DNA of 63,007 nt, the filler included, from Octopus bimaculoides (Eukaryota), in NCBI RefSeq assembly GCF_001194135.2. It is 4 parts of 4 records of this genome, joined end to end, with 100 filler letters (N's around TTAATTAATTAA, not from the genome) between each part and the next. Parts side by side here need not be neighbours in the genome. Positions count along the whole stretch, not along the records: positions 49,896 to 63,007 come from NC_068996.1; 3 more parts are not named here. One strand, written 5' to 3'. Shown piece after piece: positions 60,966 through 63,007 of the stretch; position 1 is the first letter of the stretch; the number at the start of each line of letters is the position of its first letter. The position numbers and the translations under genes were made by a program. The notes under the pieces are model-generated. The model worked only from the letters and a program-made list of their open reading frames with translations, was not told the DNA's origin and made no database searches.

Positions 60966-62963
60966 TGATTATCATATATATACACACACACACACACACA
61001 CATATATTTATATGTATATATATGTGTGTGTGTGTATATATATATATAATATATATATATANNNNNNNNNNNNNNNNNNNNNNNNNNNNNNNNNNNNNNN
61101 NNNNNNNNNNNNNNNNNNNNNNNNNNNNNNNNNNNNNNNNNNNNNNNNNNNNNNNNNNNNNNNNNNNNNNNNNNNNNNNNNNNNNNNNNNNNNNNNNNNN
61201 NNNNNNNNNNNNNNNNNNNNNNNNNNNNNNNNNNNNNNNNNNNNNNNNNNNNNNNNNNNNNNNNNNNNNNNNNNNNNNNNNNNNNNNNNNNNNNNNNNNN
61301 NNNNNNNNNNNNNNNNNNNNNNNNNNNNNNNNNNNNNNNNNNNNNNNNNNNNNNNNNNNNNNNNNNNNNNNNNNNNNNNNNNNATATATATATATATATA
61401 CATTTGTGTGTGTGTTATATATATATATAATTAATTAGAGAGACAATAGATGAAAGATACAAAAATCTTTATTGATCACTCCAATCGTTGTGATCCATCT
61501 AGCATCCATCTGTTGTGAGTGGGATACTGCACAACTGGTTTAGCTGTATTCCTCAGTGTAGATGTATCTCCTCAGGTGATTTCCAGAAGTATCTCATTAA
61601 AATAAATTGTTTCACACATCTTATTTCAGCATGTTTTCTGCTTGATCTTCTTATATAGAAATGGTAAATTAAGGTATACAGCTTCATTCTTATAGAAGAT
61701 TCATAACAAAGATCAGATACTAAAAGAAACAAATACACAATACAGCAAAACAAATTATTCCATATAAATAATTGTGTTAATAATGCTGAATCCAAGTTCA
61801 GGAATCATTTATTCCAGAAAAATTTTGAAAAATGTTACAGAGGTTTAAAGTTTGATCATTTTCACTTAATCAAAAAAAAAACAGGATTTGTACATAACAT
61901 ATTTTCTAAAGTAAACATTAGAAGAAATTTCAAACAAAATGAAAACAATGTGTGTAAGATAATACAGAGAGAGAAAGAGAGTGTAAGTGTGTAATATGTG
62001 TGGATATATGAATATATATATATATAATACAGAATGAGACAAGAACGCAAACCATCCAGACAGTCAGGTGATACAAGAAAGGGACAAAACATCCAGACAG
62101 ACGATACAAAGAAAACAGGGACAGGTCATTCGGAGTTTTCTTTCTTCAGTCCAGATCCAGATTATCCTTGCAATTTCGGCTGGTTATTCTCGATATTGCT
62201 CCAATCTGGCCAGCCCCAAGGAAAAACTAAGCTAAGAGCATTAGATTCCTTGGAAGAAAGCAGCGAATGTATACAAAAACAAGGACGGACAAAATCAGAG
62301 AATGTTACACAAATACAAATAACAGGACATAACAATGGGTGTCTTTTGACTAAGGACAAATTAAATTAAGCTGGCGTGTGTGGAAGTAAAGCCTTACGGC
62401 AGGGATACAAGATTTCACAGGCACAGGGAGGAATATAGATGTTGTACAGATGGTAGTCGAACCAAGAAAGAAAGGTCAGGCTTGACCGAACACCGGTCAC
62501 ATGGGTGGAGAGAAGAGAGAGAGGTAGAGGCAGAGGGACAGAAGAAATAAGGAGGGGCGAGAAAAAATGACAGGGACACTGAAGTGAAAAAAGGAGGGAA
62601 AGTGAGCATGAAGAGAAGGCAAGGAAATGTGAGAGAGGGGGGAACGAAAGAATGAAGAGTGAAATGAACGAAGTAAGCGTGAAAGGGCTGATTGAAAGAA
62701 GGAAAGAATAGAAAGAATAGAGTCGTACAAGATCACATTGCTCAGTCTCTCTTTTGATCAAAGGGGAATGTTTGCCTGCTTGCCTAACCAAATGGGGTGG
62801 CATCATTGGAAGGCTAATACAATGCGAAAAGCGCATTGTGACCAGTAATGTGTAAATGCATCTGGTAGTCTGATCAGCCACATGATCACAATATATACAT
62901 ATATATACACACACACACACACATATATATACTTATGTGTATATACGTACATATATATATATG

Positions 62964-63007
<44 letters not shown>

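Noticed and set aside
62034-62369. 111-aa ORF, or a Penelope-like end on the minus strand
   Set aside because: The protein is unrecognisable. The CTGAAGA..CGAA motif on the minus strand lacks GAAA and proper stems, which is too weak to call.
2099-62920. The many ORFs rich in CV/YI/HT/MY/S/D/X in the supplied track
   Set aside because: They are translations of (CA), (TA), (ATAC), (CAT) and (TAG) microsatellites or N runs, with no coding signal.

Overview
Eukaryotic, repeat-saturated draft-assembly sequence with many N gaps and three artificial N-TTAATTAATTAA-N joins. The microsatellite load, SINE families and gene content suggest a coleoid cephalopod, most likely Octopus; this is an inference. 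I can support one host coding exon: a 198-nt phase 1/1 motor-domain exon of a kinesin-11 (KIF26/vab-8 type) gene at 55852-56049 (+). Most of the window is therefore probably intron or upstream sequence. The rest is mobile DNA: at least three tRNA-derived SINE families, several RTE LINE fragments, three copies of an R4/Dong-like REL-endonuclease retrotransposon that all abut (ATAC)n, and a decayed Ty3/Gypsy LTR element with a tRNA-Pro primer site and RNase H as its last domain (Gmr1-like order). There are also two Tc1/mariner deletion derivatives, a Merlin-like MITE (8-bp TSD), a Kolobok-like 191-bp hairpin (TTAA TSD), other foldbacks, minisatellites and microsatellites. The best leads are: (i) apparent (ATAC)n targeting by the R4-like element; (ii) a CpG-depleted domain of about 50-61 kb around the KIF26 exon, read from same-family SINE copies; (iii) an unclassified old repeat carrying an exon-like segment interrupted only by TAG-TAG; (iv) candidate AG|GT recursive splice sites; (v) many long hairpins that could be ADAR substrates. 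I found nothing that I can call a proven new system. Almost all ORFs in the supplied track are microsatellite or gap artefacts. Family assignments come from recalled motifs, not database searches.
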